A stretch of DNA of 40,486 nt from a virus (Duplodnaviria > Heunggongvirae > Uroviricota > Caudoviricetes): the IMG/VR virus record IMGVR_UViG_2526164661_000012. One strand, given 5' to 3'. This document shows positions 1-9,794 of the stretch, one piece after another (positions within the stretch are counted from its first letter, which is position 1; each line of letters begins with the position of its first letter). A program made the position numbers and the translations under genes. A model generated the notes under the pieces. It worked only from the letters and a program-made list of their open reading frames with translations. It did not search any database and was not told the origin of the DNA.

Positions 1-1053
1 TTACGGGGTAATGCCAACCGCTGCCGCCACTTTGTCGCCACTTGGCAGCGTTGCCAGAGGATTGAAACGGAGCGCCGTTTCCAGATGATCCGGTGCCAGA
101 TGTGCGTAACGCATCGTCATTTTTATATCGTGATGTCCGAGAATTTTTTGTAAGGCCAGGATGTTTCCACCCGACATCATGAAGTGCGCCGCAAACGTAT
201 GGCGCAGAACGTGTGTGAGTTGACCGCGAGGGAGCACGATAGACGTTTTTTCCATCACGGATAAAAATTGAAAATAGCAGTCTGTGAAGAAATTGAACCC
301 ATCAAGCGCCATGATCTCTTCGTAAAGCTCTTTACTGATAGGGATGCTTCTGTTTTTCTTCCCCTTCGTTCTTACAAATGTAATTCGGTATTTGGTCACC
401 TGTGAACGAGTAAGATTTACGGCTTCTCGCCAGCGTGCGCCTGTGCTTAAGCATATCTTAACTACCAGTGCCAGAATTGGGTCCTGACGTTTGCAATCAG
501 CCAGTAATTCAACAATCTGCTCATGGGTAAGCCATGCCATCTCTTTTTCAGCGATGGTGAATTTTCGCATGTTCTCCAGTGGGTTCGGATACGACCATTC
601 GCCCAGGCGGGATAGTTCGCTAAAAACACTACTAAGATAGCTTTGCTCCAGGTTAATGGTGACCGGGCTTGCTCCTTTCTTCCATTTTTCGCTGAAGTAG
701 ATCTCTCCTGTCAGGCGTTTATCTCGATAGTGGGCAAACATTTTAGAGGTGAGATCGGTTGCAAGGGGATTGCCCAGAGCGTCAACTATCAACAGCAATT
801 TGTCATAGACATGCTGCCCAGCTGTCAGAGATTTACCATGTAGTTTGAACCATAGCTCAACCACGTCTTTCAGTGTTCGACGATCCACTGATTCACCCAG
901 CCAGGGCTTTGCTTCGGTTTCTTCCATCGTGTGACGCTCAAAAGCCAGAGCTTCACCTTTGGTGGCGAATTGTTTACGCACACGACGTCCACTACGTCCC
1001 GCGGGGTAACATTCGCATAGCCATTTTCCTGTGGTGAATTTTCGTACTGCCAT
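1..1053 (-). CDS. int: Tyrosine integrase, P2/186 family
   Basis: ORF track 1..1131 minus; likely start Met at 1053 (MAVRKFTTGKW...); C-terminal catalytic region (LRHTFAAHFMMSGG...KMTMRYAHL) typical of tyrosine recombinases; stop codon at 1..3; sits at prophage edge as in P2/186. Confidence 0.9.
   Translation of the reverse strand: MAVRKFTTGKWLCECYPAGRSGRRVRKQFATKGEALAFERHTMEETEAKPWLGESVDRRTLKDVVELWFKLHGKSLTAGQHVYDKLLLIVDALGNPLATDLTSKMFAHYRDKRLTGEIYFSEKWKKGASPVTINLEQSYLSSVFSELSRLGEWSYPNPLENMRKFTIAEKEMAWLTHEQIVELLADCKRQDPILALVVKICLSTGARWREAVNLTRSQVTKYRITFVRTKGKKNRSIPISKELYEEIMALDGFNFFTDCYFQFLSVMEKTSIVLPRGQLTHVLRHTFAAHFMMSGGNILALQKILGHHDIKMTMRYAHLAPDHLETALRFNPLATLPSGDKVAAAVGITP
19..40. repeat. 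Putative attL core (cgctgccgccactttgtcgcca), 21/22 identical to 37633..37654
   Basis: Direct repeat found by eye at both prophage ends; overlaps 3' end of int, as in P2-like phages; flanks on either side do not match. Confidence 0.55.
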
Positions 1054-1142
1054 AAAAAATGCCCTCCAGTGGAGAGCATTTTTACTGTATGTATAACCAG
1101 TGTCAATGTATATGAATTGAGATTCATACATTGAGGTTAATT

Positions 1143-1631
1143 TTATCTTTCTACTTCCCAGCGTAGAGATTGCATTAACATAGCATAAATATTGAACAGG
1201 AAAGTTTTTAAAGTTAATACAAGGAACACTGCACTGCTTCCTACGAGTATATATAGTATTTGAACTCCAACAACTTTAGTGCAATGAGAAAACATTAAGG
1301 CTCTGAGTAATTTTGTAGCCAATCCATTTTCTTGCCCGAAAAGAAGGACTAAAAGATAGATAACAGACCAAAATATGAAATATATAAATACTCTCATAAA
1401 TACGCCATAAACATATTTTAAGTAACTTATCCCGTATAATGGATGCTTATACTCCATTAATGAAAGGAAAAGTTCAGGTTTATTTATGGTTGCAAATATT
1501 GTAAATCCAGTAATTAAAAAACCTAATGTTGTTGTAGTGAATCCGAATACTAAAGGTGTCCATTGTCTAATAGATGAAATTAACTCTGGTGATGAAGATA
1601 GACAAAAAGCATTAATAGATAATAATATCAC
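1143..1631 (-). CDS. Hypothetical multi-pass membrane protein (lysogeny-operon cargo)
   Basis: 162-aa ORF in AT-rich DNA; several hydrophobic segments (LVFGFTTTTLGFLITGFTIFATI, IYFIFWSVIYLLVLLF, ILYILVGSSAVFLVLTL); same strand as cI and int. Confidence 0.55.
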   Translation of the reverse strand: MILLSINAFCLSSSPELISSIRQWTPLVFGFTTTTLGFLITGFTIFATINKPELFLSLMEYKHPLYGISYLKYVYGVFMRVFIYFIFWSVIYLLVLLFGQENGLATKLLRALMFSHCTKVVGVQILYILVGSSAVFLVLTLKTFLFNIYAMLMQSLRWEVER

Positions 1632-1748
1632 TAATAATAATGTGAAATAAAAGTCAAATGAATTGACCTTTATTTTTTAGTTAATTTGTAAACATCATGC
1701 AAAGATCGCTCTTTGGTCAGATCTTCTGGGTTGAATGTATATTTCATA

Positions 1749-2213
1749 CTATAGCCACCTAGAAATTATTGATGTTAACTTGGAAAAAATTTTAGTATAA
1801 TCTTCACGTTCTGGAATAATAATATTTCCTGCATCCTTTAATTCTGTGAATGCAGAATACGCCTCTTGAGCAGCTCTTTCCAAATCAGAACTAAGTTGTG
1901 GCCTTGATGCTTTTAGAGTAAAACTATCATTATTCCCTGATAGCCTTGCTCCGTGTTCATCTTTACCACTTATAATTACTTTAGAGTTGGCCATTCGGGT
2001 TGCACTTGTTGTTTTTTGAATGACGGCCTCAGAATTTAAACCATCTTCATTTTTATTTGTGTATACTAATTGAGCTTTACTACTATTAAGTTCTTCTTTT
2101 TCTTGTTCAATTTTCCTCCAGAAGCCATCAAGAGATATATTTTCACTATTTGTTGGCAATAACTCAATTGATAATCTATTAACAACAGAAAAGAGTTCAA
2201 CAAAATTGCTCAA
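1749..2213 (-). CDS. Hypothetical protein (lysogeny-operon cargo)
   Basis: 154-aa ORF in AT-rich DNA, co-oriented with cI/int; no recognisable motif. Confidence 0.5.
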   Translation of the reverse strand: MSNFVELFSVVNRLSIELLPTNSENISLDGFWRKIEQEKEELNSSKAQLVYTNKNEDGLNSEAVIQKTTSATRMANSKVIISGKDEHGARLSGNNDSFTLKASRPQLSSDLERAAQEAYSAFTELKDAGNIIIPEREDYTKIFSKLTSIISRWL

Positions 2214-2257
2214 TGATCTTGGGTCTGTTAAGGGGGTAACCCGTAATTTGGGGGCTC

Positions 2258-2797
2258 CTAGTTTACGATAAATATCTTTTTTATACAGTCGATCAATGTA
2301 TGATTTTTTCTTTCTAATTCTTTTATTTTTTTTACTTCGTAATCCACAAAAGAATTATATCGCTGTGCAAGGCAATACTTGCTAGTATTTTCAAATTCTT
2401 CTAGGGTAGGGGCTCCAGAAACCTCTTTGCAAAGCATTAATCTGTGCTCATTAAGCATAAGAATAAAAATAGAGCTGGGGTGACTTTCTAGCGTCCTGTG
2501 ATCTCGAATTAATTGACCATCTTGAAATATTTGATCTCGTTTAAATATGGTCTTTTTTATAATGCGGCCACACAATGCAATTGTTGGAACTATAGGACCA
2601 ATAAAATCTGAATCTGTAGTATCTAACGTAATAATTTTTGTGTCAGTAAAGAAATATTCTGTATCTTTAAATTTTCTAACGTATTTTTGTGCGAAAAATG
2701 AAGGAAAAACAATGCAATCAAAAGCATCTAAGAGAACTTTGTCCTCTCCAAAATTTAAGGTATAGTTTGCAAATTCAATAGTTTTCGTAAAGCTCAT
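2258..2797 (-). CDS. Hypothetical protein (lysogeny-operon cargo)
   Basis: 179-aa ORF starting 2 nt after the stop of the repressor gene (2800), implying co-transcription; AT-rich; no recognisable motif. Confidence 0.55.
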   Translation of the reverse strand: MSFTKTIEFANYTLNFGEDKVLLDAFDCIVFPSFFAQKYVRKFKDTEYFFTDTKIITLDTTDSDFIGPIVPTIALCGRIIKKTIFKRDQIFQDGQLIRDHRTLESHPSSIFILMLNEHRLMLCKEVSGAPTLEEFENTSKYCLAQRYNSFVDYEVKKIKELERKNHTLIDCIKKIFIVN

Positions 2798-2799
2798 TG

Positions 2800-3741
2800 T
2801 TAAACCCTTTTTCTAATTATTCCTTTAACTTTATTATTAAATTCCAAATCTTCTTTATCGCATTCAAAGCTATATTTTGTGTTTTCAACGCGGATGCGAT
2901 TGTTTGGAAGTTTAAATATGTCTCTAAAAGTAAATTCTCCGTTAATAGATACTAACCATAGACCATCGCTAAGATACTCCTCTTTGCTAATGATATATGA
3001 ATCATTTGCGGAATTAACTATATAGGGATGTTTTAAATTTTGAGGTAAAATTTCGCTCGAAACGATTAATTCTCTTTGATCAGTAAGTTTGCCGTCACGT
3101 AGATCATAGCAGTCTAATGTAAGCAACCCACTTAGCTTTGTTTGATTGGAATGCCCCTTACCAAAAGATAACCACTCGAGAGACACTCCTGTTTCTAAAC
3201 AGCATTGGATGATCCAGTCTGCCGGAAAAATGTCTCGCATGTATCGTGTAGCTAATGTGCTTTTTGAGATACCAAGGTGATCGGCTAAGGCTTGGCGCGT
3301 TTTGTAACCGTAAGCCTTAACAATTCGCTCTATTGCTGCTTTACCCCCTCGAGTGAAATCCATGTGGTTTTCATTATCGAACTTTATCGTGGGGGTGTGA
3401 ACTTCATTGCAAAATTCATCTGCAGACTGTTTTTCAGCATGCCGTTCTGGCGAAGGAGCTGGCACTCCTTCTTCAGCATCTAAACCAAATGCTAACCATT
3501 CGATTGATGCGCCAGTTTCCATTGAACATATAACAACCCAATCAGCAGGGAAGGTATCGCGTGCATATCTGTTAGCCATTGTACTTTGTGAAATACCAAG
3601 GTGGTTACAGAATGCTTGGCGTGATTTGAAACCATAGGCCATGAGTATTCTCTCAATGACTTTTTGCCCTCCTCGATTCTGCATGACCATGGCTTTCAGA
3701 TGATCTTCAATATGGCGAAATGTGATTTTATTAGTTGACAT
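2800..3741 (-). CDS. cI: CI-type immunity repressor with tandemly duplicated HTH domain and S24/LexA-like C-terminal domain
   Basis: 313 aa; two homologous HTH repeats (GGQKVIERILMAYGFKSRQAFCNHLGISQSTMANRYARDTFPADWVVICSMETGASIEWLAFG vs GGKAAIERIVKAYGYKTRQALADHLGISKSTLATRYMRDIFPADWIIQCCLETGVSLEWLSFG); C-terminus aligns by eye to the LexA S24 domain (SINGEFTFRDIFKLPNNRIRVEN vs ARIDDEVTVKRLKKQGNKVELLPEN); divergent from apl/cII and co-oriented with int. Confidence 0.7.
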   Translation of the reverse strand: MSTNKITFRHIEDHLKAMVMQNRGGQKVIERILMAYGFKSRQAFCNHLGISQSTMANRYARDTFPADWVVICSMETGASIEWLAFGLDAEEGVPAPSPERHAEKQSADEFCNEVHTPTIKFDNENHMDFTRGGKAAIERIVKAYGYKTRQALADHLGISKSTLATRYMRDIFPADWIIQCCLETGVSLEWLSFGKGHSNQTKLSGLLTLDCYDLRDGKLTDQRELIVSSEILPQNLKHPYIVNSANDSYIISKEEYLSDGLWLVSINGEFTFRDIFKLPNNRIRVENTKYSFECDKEDLEFNNKVKGIIRKRV

Positions 3742-3763
3742 ATTCTTTATGCGAACCTATTCT
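3735..3763 (+). promoter_or_regulatory. Sigma70-like promoter (TTGACA-17 nt-TATTCT) reading toward apl/cII (lytic pR-like)
   Basis: Consensus -35 hexamer with 17-nt spacer and TAnnnT -10 read by eye; -35 overlaps the repressor start codon; about 60 nt upstream of the apl-like ATG. Confidence 0.4.
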
Positions 3764-3829
3764 CCGTTTTGTGAAGTTTTCGTCACGATTAATACCGGCT
3801 CACCACAAGCCAATAGGAGATGTTGCATC

Positions 3830-4051
3830 ATGACCCCTAACATTTCAATAACTCTGAATACGCCGCACGTCACAATTGAGCGTTATAGCGAACTTACTGG
3901 TCTTTCTATCGACACAATCAACGATATGCTGGCTGATGGTCGCATCCCTCGTCATCGCCTTCGGAAAGACAAGAAAAGAGAAAAGGTAATGATCAACCTT
4001 GCTGCTCTTACCGTTGATGCACTTACTGATTGCAATGTTGTATTCAACTAG
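3830..4051 (+). CDS. Apl/Cox-like small DNA-binding protein (putative excisionase / lysis-lysogeny regulator)
   Basis: 73-aa product from internal Met of ORF 3722..4051 ([10 protein letters not shown]...), AGGAGA Shine-Dalgarno upstream; first gene of the rightward operon immediately before cII, the position of apl in 186 and cox in P2. Confidence 0.55.
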   Translation: MTPNISITLNTPHVTIERYSELTGLSIDTINDMLADGRIPRHRLRKDKKREKVMINLAALTVDALTDCNVVFN

Positions 4052-4083
4052 TTCCATTTTGGGATACATCAGGGGTGTCGACT

Positions 4084-4593
4084 ATGTTTGATTACCAAGT
4101 TTCCAAACATCCACATTTTGATGAAGCCTGTCGTGCATTCGCGCTGCGCCACAACCTGGTGCAACTGGCAGAACGTGCTGGCATGAATGTGCAGATTCTG
4201 CGGAACAAGCTGAACCCGGCTCAACCTCATTTATTAACCGCACCAGAAATCTGGCTGCTTACCGATCTGACTGAAGATTCAACGCTGGTAGATGGTTTTC
4301 TGGCTCAGATTCACTGCCTGCCATGCGTACCGATTAATGAGGTGGCAAAAGAGAAACTGCCACATTACGTCATGAGTGCAACCGCAGAGATCGGGCGTGT
4401 TGCTGCAGGTGCGGTATCTGGCGATGTAAAAACCAGTGCAGGTCGTCGTGATGCTATCAGCAGCATTAACTCTGTAACACGACTGATGGCGCTGGCGGCT
4501 GTTTCATTGCAGGCCCGTTTACAGGCTAATCCTGCGATGGCGAGTGCAGTTGATACCGTGACTGGCCTCGGTGCTTCATTCGGTTTGCTGTGA
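4084..4593 (+). CDS. cII: CII-like lysogeny establishment activator (186 CII family)
   Basis: 169 aa from internal Met ([45 protein letters not shown]...); recalled close similarity to coliphage 186 CII; position after apl. Confidence 0.75.
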   Translation: MFDYQVSKHPHFDEACRAFALRHNLVQLAERAGMNVQILRNKLNPAQPHLLTAPEIWLLTDLTEDSTLVDGFLAQIHCLPCVPINEVAKEKLPHYVMSATAEIGRVAAGAVSGDVKTSAGRRDAISSINSVTRLMALAAVSLQARLQANPAMASAVDTVTGLGASFGLL

Positions 4594-4600
4594 GGTGCTT

Positions 4601-4774
4601 ATGCTTACTAAAGAACCATCATTTGCATCGCTGCTGGTAAAACAAAGTCCGGCAATGCACTACGGTCACGGCTGGATCATGGGGGAGGATGGTAAACGCT
4701 GGCATCCGTGCCGTTCACAAGATGAATTGCTGGCAGAACTATCTACGAAAAAAGGGGGAACAAATGGCTATTGA
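4601..4774 (+). CDS. Hypothetical small early protein
   Basis: 57-aa ORF (MLTKEPSFASLLVK...) with GAGGTG Shine-Dalgarno; overlaps next gene start; position corresponds to 186 fil/dhr region but no similarity established. Confidence 0.35.
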   Translation: MLTKEPSFASLLVKQSPAMHYGHGWIMGEDGKRWHPCRSQDELLAELSTKKGGTNGY

Positions 4775-5105
4775 AGGCGCTGCGGCGACTGTTCCATTAA
4801 GCCCCGGTGAACGCCTGAGTGGACTTAATCACATAGCGGAATTAAGGGCGAAAGTTTTTGGCCTGAATATTGAGTCAGAGCTTGAGCGGTTTATTAAAGA
4901 TATGCGTGATCCACGGGATATCAATAATGAACAAAATAAACGGGCACTGGCTGCTATATTCTTTATGGCAAAAATTCCGGCTGAACGTCATAGCATCAGC
5001 ATTAATGAGCTGACCACTGACGAAAAGCGGGAGCTGATTAAAGCAATGAATCATTTTCGTGCAGTGGTGAGCTTATTTCCCAGACGGCTAACCATGCCGA
5101 ATTAA
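4764..5105 (+). CDS. Hypothetical early protein
   Basis: 113 aa from internal Met (MAIEGAAATVPLSPGERL...), AAGGGGGA ribosome-binding site upstream. Confidence 0.5.
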   Translation: MAIEGAAATVPLSPGERLSGLNHIAELRAKVFGLNIESELERFIKDMRDPRDINNEQNKRALAAIFFMAKIPAERHSISINELTTDEKRELIKAMNHFRAVVSLFPRRLTMPN

Positions 5106-5172
5106 CCAACTAATGAAATTAATGGCGTAAACCCGCCGGGCATCCCTTTATCTAAATTCAGGAGAATTGATT

Positions 5173-5406
5173 ATGCGTAATATTGAAACCCTCACGACTA
5201 AAACCGGACCGGATGACGCAGGGCTTAATATTTTACTGACAGAGGCTCGTCTGGAAGAACGCCGGGCAAGGGCTGAAGCAATGGCAGCTCGCCTTGATCG
5301 CCTGGCGTGTCATATCACATCCCGCCAGTTAAACCACGTCGAAGCGGCAGAACTGCTGCGTGTGACTGCTGAAGCAATCCAGAACGAAGCGCAGGAGATC
5401 CACTGA
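5173..5406 (+). CDS. Hypothetical early protein
   Basis: 78 aa (MRNIETLTTK...), GGAGA ribosome-binding site; stop overlaps start of next gene. Confidence 0.5.
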   Translation: MRNIETLTTKTGPDDAGLNILLTEARLEERRARAEAMAARLDRLACHITSRQLNHVEAAELLRVTAEAIQNEAQEIH

Positions 5407-5633
5407 TGGCTGATGCAATGGATCTCGTACAGCAGCGCGTTGAAGAAGAACGCCAGCGTCATATCCGTGCTGCCCGTGCCAAAACGCCGGGAGTGTCCCG
5501 CGTGCTTTGCGTTGAGTGTGAAGCGCCAATTCCGCCAGCACGCCGCCGTGCCATTCCGGGTGTGCAACTTTGCATTACCTGTCAGGAAATCGCAGAGCTG
5601 AAAGGCAAACATTACAACGGAGGTGCTGTATGA
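5406..5633 (+). CDS. TraR/DksA-family C4 zinc-finger protein
   Basis: 75 aa with CxxC...CxxC (CVECEAPIPPARRRAIPGVQLCITC), typical of phage TraR-like proteins (P2 orf82-like). Confidence 0.7.
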   Translation: MADAMDLVQQRVEEERQRHIRAARAKTPGVSRVLCVECEAPIPPARRRAIPGVQLCITCQEIAELKGKHYNGGAV

Positions 5634-6483
5634 GCACCATCCTGAAATGGGCGGGAAATAAAACTGCCATAATGTCCGAACTGAAAAACATCTTCCTGCT
5701 GGCCCGCGACTGGTTGAACCTTTCGCGGGTTCCTGTGCTGTGATGATGGAGACGGATTATCCCAGCTATCTGGTTGCGGATATTAATCCTGATTTAATCA
5801 ACCTCTATAAAAAGGTTGCCGCTGATTGTGAATCGTTTATATCTCGCGCCAGAGTTTTATTTGAGATCGCAAACAGGGAGGTGGCTTATTACAACATAAG
5901 GCAGGAGTTTAATTACTCAACTGAAATTACTGATTTCATGAGAGCGGTATATTTCCTGTATCTCAATCGTCACGGTTACCGTGGTTTATGTCGCTATAAC
6001 AAGAGCGGGCATTTCAACATTCCCTACGGTAATTATAAAAATCCGTATTTCCCTGAAAAAGAAATTCGCGCATTTGCAGAAAAGGCCCAGCGAGCAACGT
6101 TTATCTGCGCCAGCTTTGATGAAACGCTGGCGATGTTGAAGGCGGGGGATGTGGTGTATTGCGATCCGCCGTATGACGGTACGTTTTCCGGCTATCACAC
6201 TGATGGTTTCACTGAAGATGACCAGTATCACCTGGCATCCGTTCTTGAACATCGAGCATCTGAAGGACATCCGGTCATTGTTTCTAACAGTGACACGTCT
6301 TTGACCCGGTCTCTTTATCGTAATTTCACTCACCACTACATCAGGGCGAAACGCAGCATCGGCGTTGCAGCGGGGGAGGGAAAATTTGCAACAGAGATGA
6401 TTGCCACTAAATCTGCTAATTGGTTTAGTGCCGATTTTAGTAGGGGACGTGACTCTACTGTTATTTTCGGGGTGCAAGTGTGA
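5630..6483 (+). pseudogene. dam: DNA adenine methyltransferase (Dam-like, DPPY motif), N-terminal ~19 codons out of frame
   Basis: ORF 5740..6483 carries the DPPY catalytic motif (VYCDPPYDG) but lacks the N-terminus; ATG at 5630 (ATGA overlap with upstream stop) encodes MSTILKWAGNK... and runs to a stop at 5741..5743; adding one A to the A5 run at 5684..5688 restores ...SELKKHLPAGPRLVEPFAGSCAV..., the AdoMet-binding motif. Confidence 0.75.
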
Positions 6484-7310
6484 AAGAAATGCACCACGGA
6501 ATTCATCATTTCCATGGGACGCCTGTCTGGGGAAGTGCTGGCGACGTTCATCGTATTGCGGTGAGCGGAGCTGGTGCTTTCGTCTCCTATGTACGACCAG
6601 ATCAGATTGCGGCGTCCATTCAGCACGCCCAGGTCGTTGGCATTGATAACGGCGCATTTTCTGCATGGGTGCGTGGGCTAAAAATTAACTGGAATGATTT
6701 TTATAAATGGCTCCTGAACTATTACCACCATCCTAAGGTCGCTTTTTTTGTCATTCCTGATGTTGTGGACGGAGGTGAACGTGACAATGATGCCCTGATA
6801 AACGAAGTTCCGAAAATGTTCTACGGGAAGGCAACTCCCGTCTGGCATCTGCACGAGTCAATCGATCGGCTTATCGAGCTATGTCGTGAATGGCCTCGTG
6901 TCTGCTTTGGATCGTCTGGTGAATATGCGGCTATTAGAACTGCGCACTGGCATCGTCGTATGCAGGACGCTTTTGAAGCAATTTATTGCCGACACAATTT
7001 CAAAACAGCTGTTCATGGTTTGCGCATGCTTGACGGTCGTGTGTTGGGAAATTACCCACTGGCGACTGCCGACAGTACAAATCTTGCCTGCAATGTCCCC
7101 AAATTTAATAGCAAATATCCTGAGCTTACGCGGGCTATTCAGGAGGCTGAGTATTCGCGCAATCTGACGGAAAAGGAGCTGAAAGCTGTCATTCTGAAAA
7201 ACCGTTGCGCAATTTTAAAAGGTGCAATTGAAGCTGTTCGCCCACCTTCAGTTTCTGACTGGCTGTCGAATGGTTTGCAGCCTTCACAGCTCGAACTGGA
7301 GATTGCGTAA
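6480..7310 (+). CDS. Hypothetical protein, translationally coupled between dam and A
   Basis: 276-aa ORF; start overlaps dam stop (GTGA) and stop overlaps A start (TAATG); no motif recognised. Confidence 0.6.
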   Translation: MKEMHHGIHHFHGTPVWGSAGDVHRIAVSGAGAFVSYVRPDQIAASIQHAQVVGIDNGAFSAWVRGLKINWNDFYKWLLNYYHHPKVAFFVIPDVVDGGERDNDALINEVPKMFYGKATPVWHLHESIDRLIELCREWPRVCFGSSGEYAAIRTAHWHRRMQDAFEAIYCRHNFKTAVHGLRMLDGRVLGNYPLATADSTNLACNVPKFNSKYPELTRAIQEAEYSRNLTEKELKAVILKNRCAILKGAIEAVRPPSVSDWLSNGLQPSQLELEIA

Positions 7311-9682
7311 TGAACTACAGCTATTCCTGGAATGCTGAGAAAAAAGCAATCAATCCTTACGTAGAGACAGAAGAGCAATCTTCAGTTTCTGCGCTTTCAA
7401 ACCTGATCGCTCTGTACGCTGCCGATAACGAGCAGGAACACCTGCGCCGCGAGGTACTGAGTGATCAGGTCTGGGAGCGTTATTTCTTTAATGAATCCCG
7501 TGATCCTGTCCAGCGCGAAATGGAGCAGGATAAGCTCATTAGTCGGGCAAAGCTGGCGCATGAGCAGCAGCGTTTTAATCCAGATATGGTCATTCTGGCG
7601 GACGTCAATGCCCAGCCTTCCCATATCAGCAAGCCGCTGATGCAACGTATTGAATACTTCAGCAGCCTTGGCAGGCCAAAGGCTTATTCCCGCTATTTGC
7701 GTGAGACGATTAAGCCATGTCTGGAACGGCTGGAGCATGTGCGCGACAGTCAGCTATCCACTTCTTTTCGCTTTATGGCAAGCCATGAAGGGCTGGACGG
7801 CCTGCTGATTCTGCCTGAAATGAGTCAGGATCAGGTGAAACGCCTGTCCACCCTTGTTGCTGCGCATATGAGCATGTGCCTTGATGCAGCTTGTGGCGAT
7901 TTGTATGCCACCGATGACGTTAAGCCAGAAGAAATCCGCAAGACATGGGAAAAGGTGGCAGCAGAAACCCTGCGACTGGATGTCATACCGCCTGCGTTTG
8001 AGCAACTCCGCCGGAAAAGAAACCGCCGTAAACCCGTGCCCTATGAACTCATTCCGGGTTCGCTGGCGCGTATGTTGTGCGCCGACTGGTGGTACCGGAA
8101 ATTATGGAAGATGCGTTGCGAATGGCGGGAAGAGCAGTTGCGTGCTGTTTGCCTGGTCAGCAAAAAAGCATCTCCCTATGTCAGCTATGAAGCCGTGATG
8201 CATAAACGTGAGCAGCGCCGTAAGTCGCTGGAGTTTTTCCGTTCTCATGAACTGGTGAACGAAGACGGCGACACGCTGGACATGGAGGATGTGGTAAACG
8301 CCAGCAGCAGCAACCCTGCGCATCGCCGCAATGAGATGATGGCCTGTGTTAAAGGTCTGGAGCTTATCGCGGAAATGCGCGGTGACTGCGCCGTTTTCTA
8401 CACCATCACCTGTCCGTCACGTTTCCATTCCACGCTAAATAACGGCAGGCCCAACCCAACCTGGACAAATGCGACGGTAAGACAAAGCAGTGATTATCTG
8501 GTCGGCATGTTTGCTGCATTTCGTAAGGCGATGCACAAAGCCGGATTGCGGTGGTATGGCGTGCGGGTGGCTGAGCCGCATCATGACGGTACAGTTCACT
8601 GGCACCTGTTGTGTTTTATGCGCAAAAAAGACCGCCGCACCATCACTGCATTACTGCGTAAGTTTGCCATCCGTGAAGACCGCGAGGAGCTGGGCAATAA
8701 CACTGGGCCGCGCTTTAAGTCTGAGTTGATTAACCCGCGCAAAGGTACGCCAACAAGCTACATCGCGAAATACATCAGTAAGAACATTGACGGGCGTGGT
8801 CTGGCTGGCGAGATCAGCAAGGAAACGGGGAAATCCCTGCGTGATAATGCTGAATACGTTAATGCCTGGGCGTCTCTGCATCGTGTTCAGCAATTCCGCT
8901 TCTTTGGCATTCCGGGGCGTCAGGCTTACCGTGAACTGCGATTGCTGGCTGGTCAGGCGGCAAGGCAACAGGGGGACAAAAAAGCAGGTGCGCCGGTACT
9001 GGATAACCCGCGCCTTGATGCCATTCTGGCTGCTGCTGATGCTGGTTGTTTTGCCACCTACATCATGAAGCAGGGTGGCGTACTGGTTCCCCGCAAATAT
9101 CACCTCATCAGAACTGCTTATGAAATCAACGAAGAGCCGACCGCCTATGGCGATCACGGCATTCGTATTTATGGCATCTGGTCACCTATTGCAGAGGGCA
9201 AGATCTGCACTCATGCCGTGAAGTGGAAAATGGTTCGTAAGGCCGTTGACGTTCAGGAGGCGGCAGCCGACCAGGGCGCTTGCGCCCCTTGGACTCGTGG
9301 CAATAACTGTCCCCTTGCTGAAAATTTGAACCAACAGGAGAAAGATAAATCAGCTGATGGGGGCACTAGAACGGACATTACCCGCATGGATGACAAGGAG
9401 TTGCACGATTACCTGCACAGTATGAGCAAAAAAGAGCGCTGGGAACTGGCAGCAAGGTTACGCCTGGTTAAACCGAAACGGCGTAAAGACTACAAACAGC
9501 GAATTACAGACCATCAGCGACTGCAGCTCGTCTATGAGCTGAAGTCCAGAGGATTTGATGGTAGCGAGAAAGAGGTCGATTTACTCCTTCGCGGCGGCAG
9601 TATTCCGTCAGGAGCAGGCCTGCGTATCTTCTATCGGAACCAGCGTTTGCGGGAAGATGATAAGTGGCGGAACCTGTATTAA
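7310..9682 (+). CDS. A: Replication initiation protein gpA (rolling-circle HUH endonuclease)
   Basis: 790 aa; HUH-like motif ([11 protein letters not shown]) and tyrosine-containing motif ([12 protein letters not shown]); size and position match P2/186 A. Confidence 0.9.
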   Translation: MNYSYSWNAEKKAINPYVETEEQSSVSALSNLIALYAADNEQEHLRREVLSDQVWERYFFNESRDPVQREMEQDKLISRAKLAHEQQRFNPDMVILADVNAQPSHISKPLMQRIEYFSSLGRPKAYSRYLRETIKPCLERLEHVRDSQLSTSFRFMASHEGLDGLLILPEMSQDQVKRLSTLVAAHMSMCLDAACGDLYATDDVKPEEIRKTWEKVAAETLRLDVIPPAFEQLRRKRNRRKPVPYELIPGSLARMLCADWWYRKLWKMRCEWREEQLRAVCLVSKKASPYVSYEAVMHKREQRRKSLEFFRSHELVNEDGDTLDMEDVVNASSSNPAHRRNEMMACVKGLELIAEMRGDCAVFYTITCPSRFHSTLNNGRPNPTWTNATVRQSSDYLVGMFAAFRKAMHKAGLRWYGVRVAEPHHDGTVHWHLLCFMRKKDRRTITALLRKFAIREDREELGNNTGPRFKSELINPRKGTPTSYIAKYISKNIDGRGLAGEISKETGKSLRDNAEYVNAWASLHRVQQFRFFGIPGRQAYRELRLLAGQAARQQGDKKAGAPVLDNPRLDAILAAADAGCFATYIMKQGGVLVPRKYHLIRTAYEINEEPTAYGDHGIRIYGIWSPIAEGKICTHAVKWKMVRKAVDVQEAAADQGACAPWTRGNNCPLAENLNQQEKDKSADGGTRTDITRMDDKELHDYLHSMSKKERWELAARLRLVKPKRRKDYKQRITDHQRLQLVYELKSRGFDGSEKEVDLLLRGGSIPSGAGLRIFYRNQRLREDDKWRNLY

Positions 9683-9774
9683 TTCCGCGGGCTAACAATT
9701 CGTGCTCTTAATAATACCAGGCATATCATGCTAATGAATGTAAAAAAACGTTTTACATCAGTAAGATTATTATA

Positions 9775-9794
9775 TACTGTAAATATAAACAGTG
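9775..9794. promoter_or_regulatory. LexA (SOS) box TACTGTAAATATAAACAGTG
   Basis: Exact CTGT-N8-ACAG palindrome in AT-rich spacer about 45 nt upstream of the ATG at 9836, overlapping plausible -10 region. Confidence 0.65.

Noticed and set aside
3742-3829. Operator repeats for the repressor in the switch region
   Set aside because: Only short, weak repeats (TATTCT twice; GTGA...TCAC) were seen, insufficient to call operators without binding data or comparison.
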